Notes: generated from the letters alone by a model not told the origin. Shown: positions 1-14,490, numbered from the stretch's first letter. The stretch: DNA of 64,000 nucleotides from Paraspadella gotoi (GCA_051294375.1 CM119267.1:25121783-25185782), one strand, 5' to 3'. A program made the numbers and translations.

Positions 1-72
1 GGGGGGGGGAGAATGTCAGTCATTCCTTTTACTTTTATATACAATTTCAACTTGATTCTTTTAGTCTTCCAC

Positions 73-3000
73 CTGTAAAAGAGATTCTAGTCGACAAATC
101 TCTTCGCTTTGTTTCACGAACGCCTCCTGCATCTCCACCAGTTGTGATTTCAGATCCTGTAACGAATTAAAGCCATGAATGAAAGTCACAACAAGCGGCC
201 ACGCCCCCCTTTTTGAATTCTCTAGACGCACCTTGTTCTGTGCCAAGGCTCGACTCAACGCCATCTTGTCGTTCTCGACGGCGGCGAGGAGACGACGTCG
301 ATCCTCCGCTTCCGCTTCGGCGCCGACTAGTCTCTCCTTCATTTGATCCACCTTTATAAAATATAGGTAATATAAACATTTATTGATTGATTTTACTTAT
401 AAATTCAGTTTTAAAACGAAGACCTTAAACGATTCCTCTTCGAGCTGTCGACGAAGGTTCTCCTTCTCCTGCAACAACTCCAAGTTTTGGGTCTGCATCC
501 TGTTGATCTCCTCCAAGTGGTCGTTGACGGCCTCGAGGTTAACTTTCTCTTCCATCTCAAGATTCGATTCCTTCATAGACCCTAAACTCGCCGCTAACTC
601 AGCGCACTCGGCCATTCTGGAAAAAGAAAAAGACCCGGGAACTAATACTTAAAAAATAATAGTAAGATCTCATTCCTCTCTCGCTTCTTCTTTCTCTCTC
701 TCATATTCTCTCTCTAATTCTCTCTCTCTCTCTGTAGAGATATGTCCCCCTTTTTCCCCCAATTTACTTGTTTACCTTTTGTTATTATCTGCCGATAGAT
801 GTCTCTTTTCTTTTCTTTAGGAGATTTCACTCTTTTCTTTTCTTACCAGATGTTCTAGGCACATATATAGATACTTAGGACTTTTCCGCCCGTTACAAAA
901 CTGTCTTTTTACGAGGCTTAGGACCCTTCACGTCACGTCACGTCACCCTTTCGATACCGTTTACAGACAGAGTCATTGTGGCCATAGAGCCCACCGTGAG
1001 ACCACACTCCGTGACTCGTGGATGCGCTTGTGGTCAGACTTTAGCTCCGTCATACACTTGTGGACGGACTTGTGGTCCATTCCATTTGACCACACTCGAG
1101 TGACGACAGCCTCGCCGACCAAGGACTCACGGCGTCGACTTACGGCGCGACCGAGCCCCCGACTTCCGTTACCACGGCGACCCGACATCTTCGACGCACG
1201 CGCAACGGCGTCAGACGCGGCCACGCCCACTTCCGGAGACGTCAGCGAGGGACGAGGACTACTTTCCTCCGTAGCGACCCGACAGCGGCGAAGCAGAGGC
1301 GACTTCGTGGACACACGGCAAGAGTTCATACACTCTCATTCTCTCTTTCTCATTCTCTCTCTCTCTCATATTCTCTCTCTCATATTCTCTCTCTCATATT
1401 CTCTCTCTCATATTCTCTCACTCTCTCTCTCTCTCTCAAAAACTTACTTTCGAGTCAACTCTTCCCTCGCCGCCGCCGTCGAGTCCTCCTCCTCCTTCAC
1501 TCTCGCCTCCAACTCGGCCGCTCGAGCCTTCGTCTGCCCCAAATGAGTTTGATATTGCGCGGCCAATGCGTCGCGTTCCGCCACCAGGTTTTGGAAGGAG
1601 ACAGTGTAATGTCGCAGTTGGGATTGCAGTTGCTGAATCTGAGAGGCAGAGAGAAAAAGATATAGTCAGCTAATGCAATACGGCTTACCCCACGACTCAC
1701 CTCGAAACTCTTCCTTTGATTCTCTTGGGCCAAAGCCTTGCTTTCCGCACTTGGCCGCGGCTCCGGCGTCTGTTGCTCCTCCTCCTCCTCCGACTGACGC
1801 TCTCGCTCCAGCGCCTGCTCCAACTTGAGCTCGAGTCGCTGACATTTGTTCTCACAGTCGGCGAGTCGCTCATCTCGTTCCTTTGACTCTTTCTCAGCGG
1901 AGACCAACTTCTCTTTGAGTTGGTTGTTGTGAAGATACAGATCGTCGTTGGCGGCGGTCGTGTCTTCCACGCGCGACTGGAGACGAGAGACGTCCTCGCG
2001 GAGGAACTTGATTTGGGACTCGTTGGCCTAAAGAGAAGAACGAATGATACATATGAATAACGTTAGAGAAGTAGAGAACACTCGAGACCCGATTAATATC
2101 ATTGAAATCACTTGATATCGTTTCATTTGATTACGACCGTCTGATGAATGATGATTCACAAGATTAGCAATCCCATTAACTCTTTGCTACAGGCTGTCTT
2201 TTTGTTTCTTCCTGACCAAGTGACCACGTGACCTGATTTCCCACTCGAACATTGAAATATCAAAGATCGACTTGAACGTAATTTGAAAATTCATTCACCT
2301 CGAAAGTTCTTTGGTTAAGAGTGAGGGTCTTCTCGATCTCGCCCACTCGTTCCCTCGACGCGAAGAGTCGGCCGGTGACTTCGTCCAGTTCCTCGCGCTT
2401 CTTGTTCAACGCCGTCGTCGATTGCTGTAGTTGAGCCTTTTCAAGAAATAAAAATATCGATAATTATAACGTGAATTATTACGAAAGAAATTAATACTTA
2501 ATAATTTATACTTATCCTCACCTGAAGGTCCGTCTTCTCCGAGACGAGGATGCCGATGGTTTGTATGTGGACCTGCAACTGCTCGTGGAGATCCTGAAGG
2601 CGGACGGTGAGGTTTTCCGGGTTTTCGTCCGACGAGGATTCCCCTTCCAGCGGCGAAGCCTTCCGGGACGGGCCGCGTCCAAGGTGGGGACTCTCCCGCG
2701 GCGACTGGCGCCGGTTCCTCAACGCCCGGGGAATGGGCGACTCGATAGACGTCGATTTCTGCTTGAAAGTGGAAGCAAAGGAGGTTGGCGCCGACGAAGA
2801 GGAGGGCGCCGGTGCGGCGGAAAAAGGGGCCGGGCCTGCGGCGGAGAAAGGCGCCGGCTCGGCTACGAAGCCTTTGAACGGGTTGATTGCGGACTCGGAA
2901 GGCGTGAAGTAAGCGGATGATATGATGGAAGGCTGTTCTTGTTGAAGCTGCTCTGGCGGCAGAAAATAAGCTGAAGGAATGATAGAAGGCGGTTCTTTAA

Positions 3001-3613
3001 GAGTTTGACTATGTTCTTGAGGCTGCTGCGGCTGGTGAGGCGGCTGGTGAGGCTGCTGCGACTGCTGCGGCACCGCTTGAAACGCATCAGGAATTGGAAC
3101 GAAGGCGGAGGAAAGTGATTGGGCGGGAGAATCGTGAGGGAAAGAATGAGAGACGCCAAAGAGGCCGTCGTCGTTCGTGGAAGGGGGCGGAGCATCGACG
3201 TCAAATTCTTTAACTCCGTCGTCAATTTCGTCCCTCGAAATCTTCGCTTCCGGAGCGGCGTCGTCGTCGGCGTCAGCGTTCGAGAGCTGCTCGGAGTAGA
3301 CGGCGTCTTCCGCGGAAGCGATGAGGAGACCCACGTCTTCCAGATGGTGAAGCGTCGACGTGGCCTTGGAAGGGGCGTCATTGGAGGGCGTCGCGGAATC
3401 GTCGGGCGTCGCGGAATCGTCGGGCGTCGACGAAGGCACTTGAGGTGGATCGGACGTCGGAACGAAGCTCGTGGCGTCAGATGCGGAAAGGAGACCGTTG
3501 GTGGAGGAGGCTTGAGGCGAAGGTCCGCGGGAGGACGAGCCACTCGATCGTCGATCCTGAAATTCCTTGAGTCTTTTCTTCGCCCGCGAAATCTTTTCCT
3601 TTCGCGCTTCCAT
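73..3613 (-). CDS. GOLGA2: Golgin subfamily A member 2 (GM130)-like, multi-exon; 3' part runs beyond window start
   Basis: N-terminal basic 'AKKRLKEFQ', 'LQVHIQTIGILVSEKTDLQ' and 'DKMALSRALAQNK' match motifs I recall from GM130; coiled-coil exons with GT-AG borders at about 2522-3613, 2299-2436, 1701-2027, 1448-1638, 424-616, 232-351, 73-156. Confidence 0.88.
680..1437. repeat. (TC)n / TCTCTCTCATAT microsatellite interrupted by a ~600 bp unrelated insert (~734-1330)
   Basis: TC-rich repeat at 680-733 resumes at 1331-1437, inside a GOLGA2 intron. Confidence 0.8.
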
Positions 3614-4474
3614 TTTTTTTTCTCTCTCGATTTCACTTTTCACTTTTCAGTTAAAAAAAAAGGGAATCGAATCCGCGTCACTCGATCTTCCCTCTAGCGA
3701 CCTCTCTGTCTCTGTCAACAAATAAATGAGAATTGCTTTGTTTTCTTTTTTTCATTTGAGGATTCACGAAAATTTTTATGCGATGGAAAAAAAAAGACAA
3801 GATTCTTGGGAAATGAGGCTACGGTGCTTAATGCTTAAGCGTAACTTGTTTTCCACGTCTTAATATTTTTTTTCATGAATAAACAATAAAACTGATCATA
3901 TACGTAGGTGTATAACTATATATATAATTGCGTAAAACAATATTAAAATCATTAAAAAAATCTTAATTTTCTAAAAAAAATGGGGTGGGGGAAATAAGAA
4001 AAAAAACTTCTTCAGCGACATAATACATGTATATGATTATGAAATGTTCGTGGTAAGTCAATTTAATACAATCGATGAGGATTAAGGATCAACTTCATGA
4101 TAGCGGGGGGAAAAAAGCGCCTAGCTCCCTTGATTAAAAAAAAATGATTGGCCTGATCAATGAATGGCAGTGTTCGTTGGGAGTCTCCCTCGTCAGCACT
4201 ATTTCAATTCAATAACGATTCGCAAAAGCCGCGACTATTATTCACGCTTAATTCATTTTCATCGGAATGAAAAATCAAATAAAATATATTTCGGGGTTTA
4301 CGCCGATGATCTTCTTCACAAGCGTTTTCCCCCCAAAAAAGTTTAAATTTAAAAAAAAAAAGAAGGAAATATGCAACGATAAAAAATATAATCTAGTCAA
4401 AAAATGAAACCTGTACAAAAATCGTAAAACCTTGATAAAGAAATTCATTTTTTTTTTTTCTAGAGAGAGATTTT

Positions 4475-7400
4475 TCAAGACGAAGCACTGTCTTCTTCTC
4501 TGGTAGGCGTGGCGCCGAGATCAACAAAGGGCATCTCGGTGTCGACATCGTTCCCGGCGAGGCTTTCGTTCTCCGACGCCTCCAAGTTGAGGTAGTCGAG
4601 TTGAAGCACCTTGACGCTAGAATTCGATTCGCGCGTCGAGGATCGAGACGACTTCTTTCCCGATCCGTTCCCGGACGGCGCCGCCCCGGCTTCGGCCCCT
4701 GAAGATTTCTTCCGACCGCCGGCCTTTCGCCCCTTCGCGGTTGGACGCTTGGCCGAAGGCTGTTTGGCCACGGCTGGGACTGCGGACTGACTGGCTTTCA
4801 TCCTGCGACCTCCGCGCATCTCTACTTTTTTTGCTTTAGATTCGAGGGCGGTCGTGGATACTGAAATCTTCGGCTCTTCCTTTTTTCTCCGTTTGGCCGA
4901 TGACATGGAAGCCTCCTCTTCCTCCTTGGCTCCACCGTCGTCAGCATCGTCGGCCCTTCTTTTCCTGCCGCGTCGGGACGCGGCGTCGCGGAATTTCTGA
5001 TCACGCTCCACCTCAGCCTTCTTTAGCGACTCCCGCCGTTCCCCCCGCTCTTCCTCCTCGTGCTCCGTGCAGACCATCACCCCCTCTCGACGCCACTCTA
5101 CGATGTTGCCAGCGTCTTTGGCGTGCTCCCCGCAAAAAGAATTTGGGCACAACTGCACCGAGGAAAAATCATAAGTTACTTAATAATTAGTCACACAATG
5201 TACAAAGCATACATGTTTGGTTGTAAAGCCAATAAAACCATTATCTTTTCCCTGAGCACCCACTTACCGCGCAGAGAACCGAGGATTGCTTGGTGCACAA
5301 GTCGCAATAGTGCCAGGGACACGACCATTGACCGTACGGCAGGCATTCTCGTTCCAAGCACTGCAAGTGGTAGGCTTTGGTGCATGACTTGAGATCGCAG
5401 AGAAGAAGTTTGCCTCCTTCCAAGCAGCGGAAGCACCAGTCGTCGGTCACCTGAAAGAAAAAGAGATGATATGGAAAGAGAAGACCAGAGATGATATGGA
5501 AAGAGAAGACCAGAGATGATATGGAAAGAGAAGACCAGAGATGATATGGAAAGAGAAGACCAGAAATGATGATGAGAGATGGCGCTGTTTTATTCATTTT
5601 TTCTCATTATTTTGCTCATTTATTCCATTTCATTGTCACGTGACTTTTCTATACATTTCGTCTGCTTTGTCTATACTCTTTTTGTATGCATTTCTCTCCC
5701 TTTTTCAGTCAGTTAGAGAGTTACCTAGACCCGTCTCCAAACGGCTCTTTACGGGCTATGAAGTCCTTTCGTCATTCATGTCAACCCTTACGTCACCAAC
5801 TTTCCTAGATCAAGGGCCACGAGACCCCAAGCCCACTGAGACACTGCCAGCCCAGAGACTCGCGGCAAAGGAGGCACGGAGAGGCCACATGCCACTAGCC
5901 TCAGACTCTACTATGGACTTGTGACTCTTAGCAGAGACGGGCGTCGCAAGCCTCGACACCTGCCCTTCAATGGACTTGGGTTCCTTCGCAAGCTCCTTCA
6001 ACTTTCCACAGCCGGCCACAACGGGGTCGCAGAGGCTGCGACGACTCCGAAGGGGCGTCGGACAAGACCGCGGCCACTTCCGGTTGAGACGCGAGGTGAA
6101 GACCAAGGTTTCACTCAGTAGTAGCCTGACGGGTCGACACGCGAGGAGGCGTCACCGAGACCAGGTTTGGTTCTGGTTTCTCGACAAATGATATGGAAAG
6201 AGAAGACCAGAAATGATATGGAAAGAGAAGACCATAGATGATATGGAAAGAGAAGACCATAGATGATATGGAAAGAGAAGACCAGAGATGATATGGAAAG
6301 AGAAGACCAGAGATGATATGGAAAGAGAAGACCAGAGATGATATGGAAAGAGATGACCAGAGATGATATGGAAAAGGATGACCATAGATGATATGGAAGG
6401 AGATGACCAGAGATAAAAAAAAAAGAGAAAAAGACGTTGCGCACCTTGATGGCCTTTAACTTTCTTTTCTTTTTCTTCTTCTTTGCCCCAGTCTCCTTCT
6501 CAGTTTCCTCTCCAGTCTTATTCTTCTTCTTCTTCTTGGAGTCAGCAGCGTCGGTCTTGGCGCGCTCGCCCAGAAATCCGCTGCAGGTGGCGGCGCCGCA
6601 ATGGCAGGTCGTCTTCTCGTCCCCTTTACATTCTAATTGGTAGTTGAAAGTGAGCTCCGTTCCGGCAGCGATATCCTGGAAGAGGATTCGTCGACTCATA
6701 AAACTTAATGCTACGTACATACATATACGTATATGTACGAATAAGATAACTAAAGAATTCAAAAAGGCCTTCTTCTCTACCTTTCGCGCGAAGAGACCGA
6801 CTCTCGTGGCGCCGTTGACGGTCCACTTCTGAGTCTCGCAGTTTGGATCGCACGAGTGATTCATGAAGCGAGCGTAGTTTCCCTTCGGCCCCGCGTCGAT
6901 AATTCGGTTTGCGTCCACCGTCAACATGTAAAAGTTCGTCTCGTTCCTGTGGGTCAAGGCATCAATAATAATTTTTGGCAACGCGACTCTATAACATACA
7001 TCTATTGGTCGGTGGATAATATACATATTGTAAATAAGTTAAATTTGAAAAAAACAAATATATTATGGAACAAGGTTTTTACATAACATGAAAGCTCGAA
7101 TCAATATCAATGATGAAAGAAAGAAAAATGAAATAACCACGGGTTTAATATTAAACATTAGATTAAGCGTCTTTTTTTTGTTTATCTATAAATTATTGAC
7201 CTGGCGTGATAAACTTCCAGCCGACGCTTTCCTTCTTCGTCGTCAATCAATTCGCCGACGTATTCGTTAACGAAATCTCCCTAAAACATTTCAAAAGGTT
7301 GAAAGATTAAAATTCTTATAAAATATAATATATATGTGATATAATAAATACTAAATACATGTTCTTCCCCCGAACCTGCTTGATGTCCTCCAATGCGCGC

Positions 7401-9672
7401 AAACCCCAACCCCGATGATTGTCCGTCCTGAAGGTGACGGACTTGGGGTAAAGGCGCTTTTGGAATCTCTGGTTCTGGCACTTATCGCCCGCTGGGCAAG
7501 ACAACGGGTGACACTCGTACATGAGCATGCGGTTGAGACAATCTTCGTTGGAGGCGCAGGGCAATGGATCCTGGAAACGAAAAAATCCTTTTTTTTATAT
7601 AATAAGAAAACATCGAAAAAGTATCAATGATGATCATGAAAAAGAAGAAAGACCTTTTGATCAGGTTTGCACTCGCAGACGGGGAGCTCGGAATAATCGA
7701 TCGAAGCCGGGTGCACGTTGCCGTAGGGCCTGTTCGTTCTTATAAACTTGTAAGGCGCCGGGCGTTTTTTGTCATGGGCAGAGTCTTTCTCATCACGAGC
7801 CGCCTGTAAATATGGATTTAATAAAACATTTATACGAACACATATAAAATGTAAATATTCTTCTCAAGACCCCAACTTGCCTTGACGGCCTTGTAGGCTG
7901 CGTAGGCCTCCGCCGCCTCGTCCAGCGCCTTGGAGTATTCCACGTCAACTTTCTTGCTGGAGGAGCAGCCTTTCTTGCAAGAGTCTCCGTCCTGGTAGGC
8001 GAAAGTCCGTCCGGCGTGAAGCCAGTTGTAGTCGTGGGAGCCGAGAAAGCGGACGGGGAAGAGCCCAACACCGTGATCCCGCTCTAGGATGTTATCGGGC
8101 ACGTTGCGGGGATGACAGATCTCCGCCGGCCACCATCGATGACTCCCCAATTTGACCCAAACAACCTCGCCGTATCGTGGCCTCTTGCCGACGACGCATA
8201 GACCGCAAAACCAATCGCCCTTAGAAAAATTTCAACATTATTGAAGTTCAATTATTTTTCGAGCATGTGTGAGGAAGTAGTTTATTCTAATATTACTTGT
8301 GTCTATCAATCGAATCTGCATTTTATAGTATTAATTAACTCCTTTGTTACTTTCGAAGTTTATTATTTTGATTTATGAATAAATAATTAAGTTAGTCCTA
8401 ATAATATTACGAGAGCTAAACTTTTAATCTTACCTGCGGCTCCTCTTTCATCTCCAAGCACTCGGTGTGATACGCGGCCGGGCAAGACTCGCAGCAAAGG
8501 AGCGTCCCGCCCTTCGAACAAGCGAAGCAATAAGCGACGTTCACGTGAGAGTGAGCCTTGATTCCTTTGACGGGTTCGAAGTGGGCGGCGCAGATGATGT
8601 TTATTCTGTAGGGAAATTAATTAAGCTATGCATATTATTATAAAATATAAATTTCCCACAAAAGGAAACTAACCCGCCGATGTATTCGCTCCCCGCGGGG
8701 AGGCAAAAGTCTCCAACATGATACGCGGCGGGGCATTTGACGCATCGAAGCATCTTCCCCATCTTTGAGCGGTGAGACTTGGGATTCTCGATGCAGCACT
8801 CGAGGCAGGCGTGCTGCGGACACTTGAAGGTTTTCTTGCCGTCGACGAAGTCGATGAGTTCCTCGAATTTGGAGTTAGCGCGAAGACAGCTTTCGTGATA
8901 ATATTTGCCGCATCCGTTAGAAGAGCAGCGCTTGGTCGAAGAGTCCTTCCGACCACAGGCGAAGCAAGGGTGTTGACCAGAACGACAATCCGTGCAAAGA
9001 AAGTTAAGAGAATCCGGGCAAGGGGCGACGAGGAGACTGGGCTGGTTTTCTACGATTGGCGCCGATTTTTCATCAGATTCCGGAGTCATTTTATCTGGCG
9101 ACTGCGGGGCTGATTTCTCTTTCAGATCCAGTCTTTTCGGCGACTGCGGCGCTGGTTTTTCATCTTCATCTGAATCCGGTTTTTTAACTAAAGACGGCGC
9201 TGGTTTCTCTTTCTGATCCTCTTGTGTTTTCTTCGCCTGAGGTGCTGGTTTCTCTTCAAGTTGCATCGCGGGATTCTCTTCTGATTTTATCTCCTTTGAA
9301 TCGCCATCCTCTGAAATCTTCTCATCCCCAACGCCAGTTGACGATTTAACTTTGACGCGAGCTTGCTCTTTAATCTTTGCTTCTTCGTCGTCGGCCTTCG
9401 ATTCCTTTTCTTTTCTTCTTTCGTCGCAGCTGCGATGGAAGGAGCCGCCGCAGGGACCGCGGCAAAGGACGACGGGTTGAGCCACGCCCCCTTCGTCGCA
9501 CGCTGCCTCCGACTTGAGACAAAGGAGGCAAGGAAGGGTCGGGACTTTACCCGACGGCGCTCGGTGGGTCGACGACAACTTTTCGATCTCCCACTTTCGC
9601 TTGACGACGACGTCGCCCGCAGTCGAGGACGCGCAGGAATCTTCGGCGGAGGATCCTGAGGGAGGGATGGAG

Positions 9673-9721
<49 letters not shown>

Positions 9722-12700
9722 CCATCACGAATCTATAATGTAGAATAAATTGGGCGAGAAGCCTTTTTCCTCACCTCCACTCGTCTGGGCGGCGAGCGAG
9801 GACGAGATCTTGCTCTTTTTAGCGACGACGACCTCTTGAAAGGACTTGAGCCTGTAGAGGAGTTTCGGGGAGGAGTCTCCGTCGTCGACGGAAGGTTTGC
9901 GGTCGTCGGGGTCGCTGCTTTTCTTTCGCTTTCGTTGTTCGAGCCTTTGGAGCAAAAGGACGATAGATATATGATGTAGCCGGCATCGCCCACACAATCC
10001 CCCTCTAACATATATATATTGTATTTTGTATTTCTTAAGAATTTTGTCGTATATAGATTCAGTACCTTCGACATTCCAGTATTATCATTATCATCACCAT
10101 CATTTAAGCTTGCCTGCACCCATTAAGCTAGCTATGTAAAATAGTATATTGTATAAAGGTTCTGCCACAGCAAGTTAGGATTTCTTCTCAGTAAGTTATC
10201 TTTCTTATTAGTTGAAGTTCAGCTAAGTATATACTATTATTTAGGACCCCAAAAACACTGCTCATACAGACTATTTATATTTATAGTTGAACTTAATGTA
10301 ATCCCTTCAACACACCTCCTTCCCTCGACGATGGATGGAGAGGAATCCCGACTCCCCGACGCATTGGGCGACGACGACGACGACTTGCGGCAGCCGCGGA
10401 CCAAATTGTGGAATCCGTTGATGGGAGAGAGAACGACGCCGGCGGCGGTCGCGTATTTCAGGGCGTCGACGGAGAGTTTGTGGGAAGAAGAGGTGAAGGA
10501 GGCGGGGGACTCCATCACGACGCCGGAGGGCGGTGGTATGGCGGCGGCAGCGGCTACATCGCTCGGGCGTCTTTTCCCGAGATCCGTAAAGGAGGCTTCC
10601 CGGGCGAATTTGGCGATCTCCTCCGCCGACATCGAATCCCATTCTTCCTTTAATTTCTTCCTAATGAGTTGATCGTCAAAGTTGGGGAATTCGGAGCGAA
10701 CTCTCTCTCGATGAGTAAAACAAAATAGATTAAAAAGTTCGAAGCTGGATCGAGAAAGCGGCGGCGCGCGTCGAGGCTGCAGGTTCGGATGGACGTGACG
10801 CTGCGGCTTTTCTTCCTCAAACTCGGATTCGAGCGCCGTGAAGGAGTTAATCCGGCGACAAGAATTTTGTGGCGTCATTGAGTCGGATTTGTCGATCTTC
10901 CTCATCGGCGCCGACGACCGGCGTGCGTTCTTTCTGGCGCCGGTCGCGCTCGAACTCGGCGGGAAACCGTCAAAGTCGGCGCCCATTTCTGCTCCATGAA
11001 CTGTCTTCCGCTTTCTCGAGGCAGCGACGGAAGGTTTGAGGGGGACGAACTGAATCCGACTGGAGAAGGTTTCGTCGCCGATGCCGTTAGCGGGGGCAGT
11101 GGCGACGCCGTTGACCGGCTCGTAGCAATACTCGAAAATGCGGAGGCGTTCGTCGAGGCTCATGGCGGCGGCGCGGACGACTTCTTCTTTGGCTTCGACC
11201 AACTCCTCCTGCAGTCGCTTCGACGCCGGGAAATAGCTCTTCATTAACTTTTCCCTGTCGCGTTTGGTAAGACGTTGCGCCTTCGACTCCTCGGCCTTGC
11301 GCCACTCGGCTACTTCGTCGGGATGGTTGAAGGCCTGAGAAAAAGTTGGACGAAGGGGAGTAAGTTAATTATTGGGAGTTGGTGATAATTCTGAATTGAG
11401 TACACATATACGTGTGCCTAGCAAACGTAAATGTTATAATATTATAATATTAAAGATTACCAATGAATGGACTTTGAAAAAATATCGATTTTTAACTATA
11501 ACTAATTCAGCCCCAGCATAACAGTTAGTCGGTCACTGGTGTTCTTTTGTTCCTAAACTAAATCAAAGTCAACACAGATATCAAGGTGTTGGTGGGCGGA
11601 TTCTGCAGATGGATGTAACGTTTATCTTCTGGTCTGTTCTTCTTTCATTTCAGGCATTTTAAAACTTAAGTTTAACGACAAAAGACCGACTTTTCTCCGT
11701 CACTGTTTGGGGTAACTTTAAAAATTTGGACCCTTCATTGAAATTAGAAATGTTTTTTGCCATCTTTCTTTTAATTTTATAGTCAAATATATTCATCAAA
11801 ATGTTTATATTTAACTTTACTACCTTAAATGAATGCCACATGTATTACATGTCATGTAACTAGACTAACCTTGATGTCTTTAGATAGAACCCAAGCGTGT
11901 AGAGGCTTCGGTCCAAAAAACTGGACATGATACTGTGCCGACTTGTAGCTTGAGGGACGGGACACGCGATTGGAAGGATGTTCGGGGGCGACGAGACAGG
12001 GCCACCAGGGCTGCCCCCGTTGGAGACACCAGACCAAGTCGCCCCGCCGCCATTCGTCGACGAAAGGGGTCGACGTCCGAGTGGAGGTCTCCACGAGCGA
12101 TTCCACCTTCGTCGAACTCTCCTCTTGTTTCTCGATCTCCTCCGACTTGGCAGTGGAACTAGAAGGCGCCTCCGCCGATGAGGCGCTCTTCGGGCGGACG
12201 ACGTCGCCGAGCGTCCTCAGCAACTGGATGCCGATCTGCGCGGAATCCGAGGTAGATTTGATTCGCGGCAAAGACGAAGACGATGAGGACAATCCTTCCG
12301 AAGATCTAAATTCTTTGGCCGGCATCGATCGCGAGGCATCTCTGTCTCCGGCGGATCCGCCTTTGACCTTGAGGTTCTTCTCTTTGTCCTCTGTCGTCGA
12401 GTCTTTGTCCTCCTTAGCTTTTCTCGGAAAATCGCGCAGACTTTTACGCGACTTTTTCTTCTTCGCCTTCGACGATTCGTCTTCTGTCTTCGTCTTCTTT
12501 TCATCCTCTTCTCCATTTTTCGCCAAAGAGGGCGATCCCTTTTTCATCGTCAATTGCGCCACCACATCGGCGAGTCCCTTTTTCGGAGAGAACCGTTTGG
12601 CGTCGCCACCAGGCGTTTTTCCCGCCTCGCTCTCTGCTGGCGTAGGCGATTTACTAATCTTCTTGGGAGAGTTTTTGTTCTCGTCCCCCGAATTTGTGTC

Positions 12701-13589
12701 CAGGCTTCTTTGTTCGTAGTCATCGTTAAAACTTTCGTCACGAAGTGAAAGTTTCTCTTCGGCCGAAGATTTTTTCTTTTCGGTCGATTCTTCGACGTCG
12801 GAATTCTCGTGAGAAATTTTGAAATCTTCGTCGAAGGATGTAGCATTAGTTTCGCGCATCAGGATTTCGTCGACAGGTTTATCGTAGATCTCTTCAACGG
12901 ATGTATTTAGTTGGTGGGTGGGGCGATCGAACCCGACCGATGTTTCCTTTTCGTTTTCTTCGTACTCATTGCTTCCCTCGTTTTTTCCCTCGTCTTTCGC
13001 GAAGTCGGGAATCGAACGCGAGTCCTCCCTCTCCATTTGTTGTTCGTTCGCCGCGGTCTCGTCACGTTCGATCGAGTTGGTTGGATTAGGCTGAGAAAGA
13101 GTCAAAGAAGGTTTGGAGGTCGAAAGGGTCGATTTATTGGAGACATCAACTGATGAGACGGGAAAGGATTCAGGGAGTTCATCGATCCTCTTCGACGAAA
13201 CCGAATGACGCAGTATGAGCGGAGGCGAGGACCTTGTTTGCAGAAAAGGTCGGCGAGAAACTGCTGCGGCTAAACTGTTGAAGTGTTCGAGCAGAGGATC
13301 TCCATTGCAGCCAGAATCGTTCTCGTCAACGATGGCGCCGACCTCGTGGTGCCCGTTCATTGTCGGAGAATCGGAACCGTTTAACTTATCCACGGACAGA
13401 GGTGAAACTAAGATGGAAAACGAATAGCGTGTGATATTTGTCGCCTTTCTCGTCTTTACTTCGCTCCGTGATATCCCTACCTTGTCCCTCTTTCATCGCC
13501 GGAGTCACGATGATTCCGTTAAGTGCCGGAGCCGAGGCCTCCACAGCGCGACGCCCCTCAGCGACACTCGCTTCCGGCGACGTCGCCAT
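4475..13589 (-). CDS. NSD2: NSD-family histone H3K36 methyltransferase (NSD2/WHSC1-like), ~14 exons
   Basis: Domain order: PWWP ([18 protein letters not shown]), HMG-box-like ([19 protein letters not shown]...EEWDSMS), PHD fingers, second PWWP ([13 protein letters not shown]), AWS ([12 protein letters not shown]), SET ([27 protein letters not shown]...ELTFNY), post-SET ([13 protein letters not shown]), PHD-C5HCH. Exon 1 13481-13589 splices in frame to 11870-13407. Assignment to a specific vertebrate paralogue is tentative. Confidence 0.92.
5466..6412. repeat. 25-bp minisatellite (ATGATATGGAAAGAGAAGACCAGAG) in an NSD intron, split by a ~620 bp unrelated insert
   Basis: About 4 units at 5466-5570 and about 9 units at 6188-6412. 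Confidence 0.92.
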
Positions 13590-14490
13590 GGCGAGGAAGA
13601 TGGAGGCTTCGTGAATCAAATCGTGACAGGTTTATGCAAGCATAGCGTTTACAATTGGAAATACTTTTTTCAATGTTCACGGGGAGGAGATGGATTAAAT
13701 TTCTCAACCTTTTTTAAAAATTTACTGTTTTTTTAACGAAAAGAAAAACATTTTTTGTAGCGATTTATAATTATATTATCATCAACACGCGATGATCAGA
13801 CACGAAGACGACGCTTTTTTTGGCGAATGTATTTGATTGTAAAGAACGACCGATCGGAGAAAACTCGCCACTGTCACAAGATACATCAGGCAGCAAAAAG
13901 GACGAGAGGCTTCACACTCATTAATGGCATCGCTGTTTACATGCCTCAACTGGCTGTCAGGTGAAAACCCCTCTCTCTTTCGTCCGAAATTTGCTCACGC
14001 GAAAATGGAAATACTTTTCTCTCGATTTATGTTTTCTCGCCCATACTATCTATCCGCCTCTGAAACGAGACGTCGAACCATCAAAAAATTGAACAAGAGT
14101 CATTTAACAGTTCTTCTTTCTCACTTCAAACTTTCGTACCAACGTATATAATCATAAATAAAAGTGATAAAATATATAAAATCCAGTGCGAATGCAACAT
14201 TTTGTTCTTTTTTTCACAACCAATTTTGTTTTAATTTTTTTAATGCAGACTTCATCGTTAGCCACGGTAAAAAAAGTTACATCAAGGAGGAAAAAATGAA
14301 TGATTACTTGATTAGTATCATCACGTAAAGAGAATTAATTGTTACGAAAATTAGTAATCTCGGATAAAAATAATAAAAAGTTACGAAGCTCGAATTCGGG
14401 GTGCGATCAATGACTAAGGAGATGGGCGCAGAGAAGGAGGGAGGGGGGGGGTGGGGAATCGGTTTAATGGAAGAAAGAAGAAGAAATTCT

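Noticed and set aside
2561-3697. Long plus-strand ORFs opposite exons (also 10331-10672, 11970-12719, 17133-17615)
   Set aside because: Antisense shadows of GC-rich coding exons with no recognisable domains.
5466-6412. 25-bp repeats as a CRISPR array
   Set aside because: Head-to-tail units with no unique spacers, in a eukaryotic intron, with no cas genes.
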